Positions 63,496 through 64,000 of a stretch of DNA of 64,000 nt are shown here, piece after piece. Below the pieces are notes generated by a model, which did no database searches, was not told the DNA's origin, and saw only the letters and a list, made by a program, of their open reading frames with translations. The translations under genes and the position numbers were made by a program. Origin of the DNA: Raillietiella orientalis (taxonomy: Eukaryota). Location: assembly GCA_036172245.1 (NCBI GenBank), contig JAYWIR010000004.1:4774001-4838000 (forward strand), given 5' to 3'. Within the stretch, counting starts at the first letter, position 1. Every line of letters begins with the position of its first letter.

Positions 63496-64000
63496 CGAAC
63501 GCCGAAGCCGGTTTCTCCACCGACGAAGACAGTCGGCACGCGGAAGACTCAGTCTCGCCAGCCACGGGGCAGCACAGGAAGAAGAAATTCCACTTCCCGA
63601 ACATCAGCTTCCCTCATTTCGGGGCGACGGGTCACCCGACTCCAGAGAAAGACGACGACGCAGTTGATAAGACGACCTCTCCTGATGTCTCTGAAGAAAC
63701 GGACGTTCATTCACCAGAGGATAACCAACGAGAACATTCAAAGCTGCCCAGGGCGTCAACTCCCGAGCTCGAGACGGGACACGGTTCCTTTGCCGATGGT
63801 GACGAAGCTGACAAGCAGAAGGAAAAGTCCTTCACGATACCCCGCTTCGGTCTGCCCCACATTTCTTTGCCGATGTGGAAGAGCAAGAAAGGCATCGAGG
63901 AGAACTCGGTCTCTGCCGCCGCCTCCGTGTCTCTGCCGACAGGGAAAGAAGTTGACGTGGACGCCACAGCACCCAGGTTGGAAGGAAGTGCCGTATCTGC
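63496..64000 (+). CDS. AHNAK/periaxin-like gene, next exon (truncated by window end)
   Basis: Follows a 56-nt intron (GTAAGA...TCCTTGCAG), phase 1, frame 3. Encodes RKKKFHFPNISFPHFG, KSFTIPRFGLPHISLPMWKSKK and KEVDVDATAPRLEG (similar to AHNAK VDVxxPKxEG repeats). Confidence 0.85.

Noticed and set aside
1..64000. Prokaryotic operon, defence system or CRISPR array
   Set aside because: No long intron-free genes, no operon structure and no regularly spaced repeats. The sequence is eukaryotic.

Overview
Eukaryotic genomic DNA, most likely an arthropod. The evidence is GT-AG introns as short as 56 nt, a Tramtrack-type zinc-finger relic, microsatellites and an invertebrate-type TE mix. I saw no prokaryotic gene structure, rRNA, intact tRNA or CRISPR array. 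About 1-55 kb is mostly heavily decayed transposable-element remnants (L1/Tx1, NeSL/Utopia-like, CR1/L2-like LINEs, Gypsy and BEL/Pao LTR elements, pogo/Tigger, hAT, and a SWIM+YqaJ ORF). I recognised these by eye from ordered motifs across broken frames, so their boundaries are approximate. The one intact gene is on the + strand at the right end and runs off the window. It is an AHNAK/periaxin-like protein with an N-terminal PDZ domain followed by a very large low-complexity exon carrying K-rich F-x-F-P-x-I-x-F-P repeats. The phase-consistent model is join(56708..56715,58599..58747,58910..59127,61084..63439,63496..>64000). The ORF track missed the large exons because those frames have no stop inside the window. 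The main points of interest are this periaxin/AHNAK-like gene outside vertebrates, its possible short and frame-switched isoforms, the decayed ttk-like finger pair, two ~40-bp near-perfect palindromes, and the collapsed, strand-biased TE remnants. I found no clear evidence of a wholly new multi-gene system.
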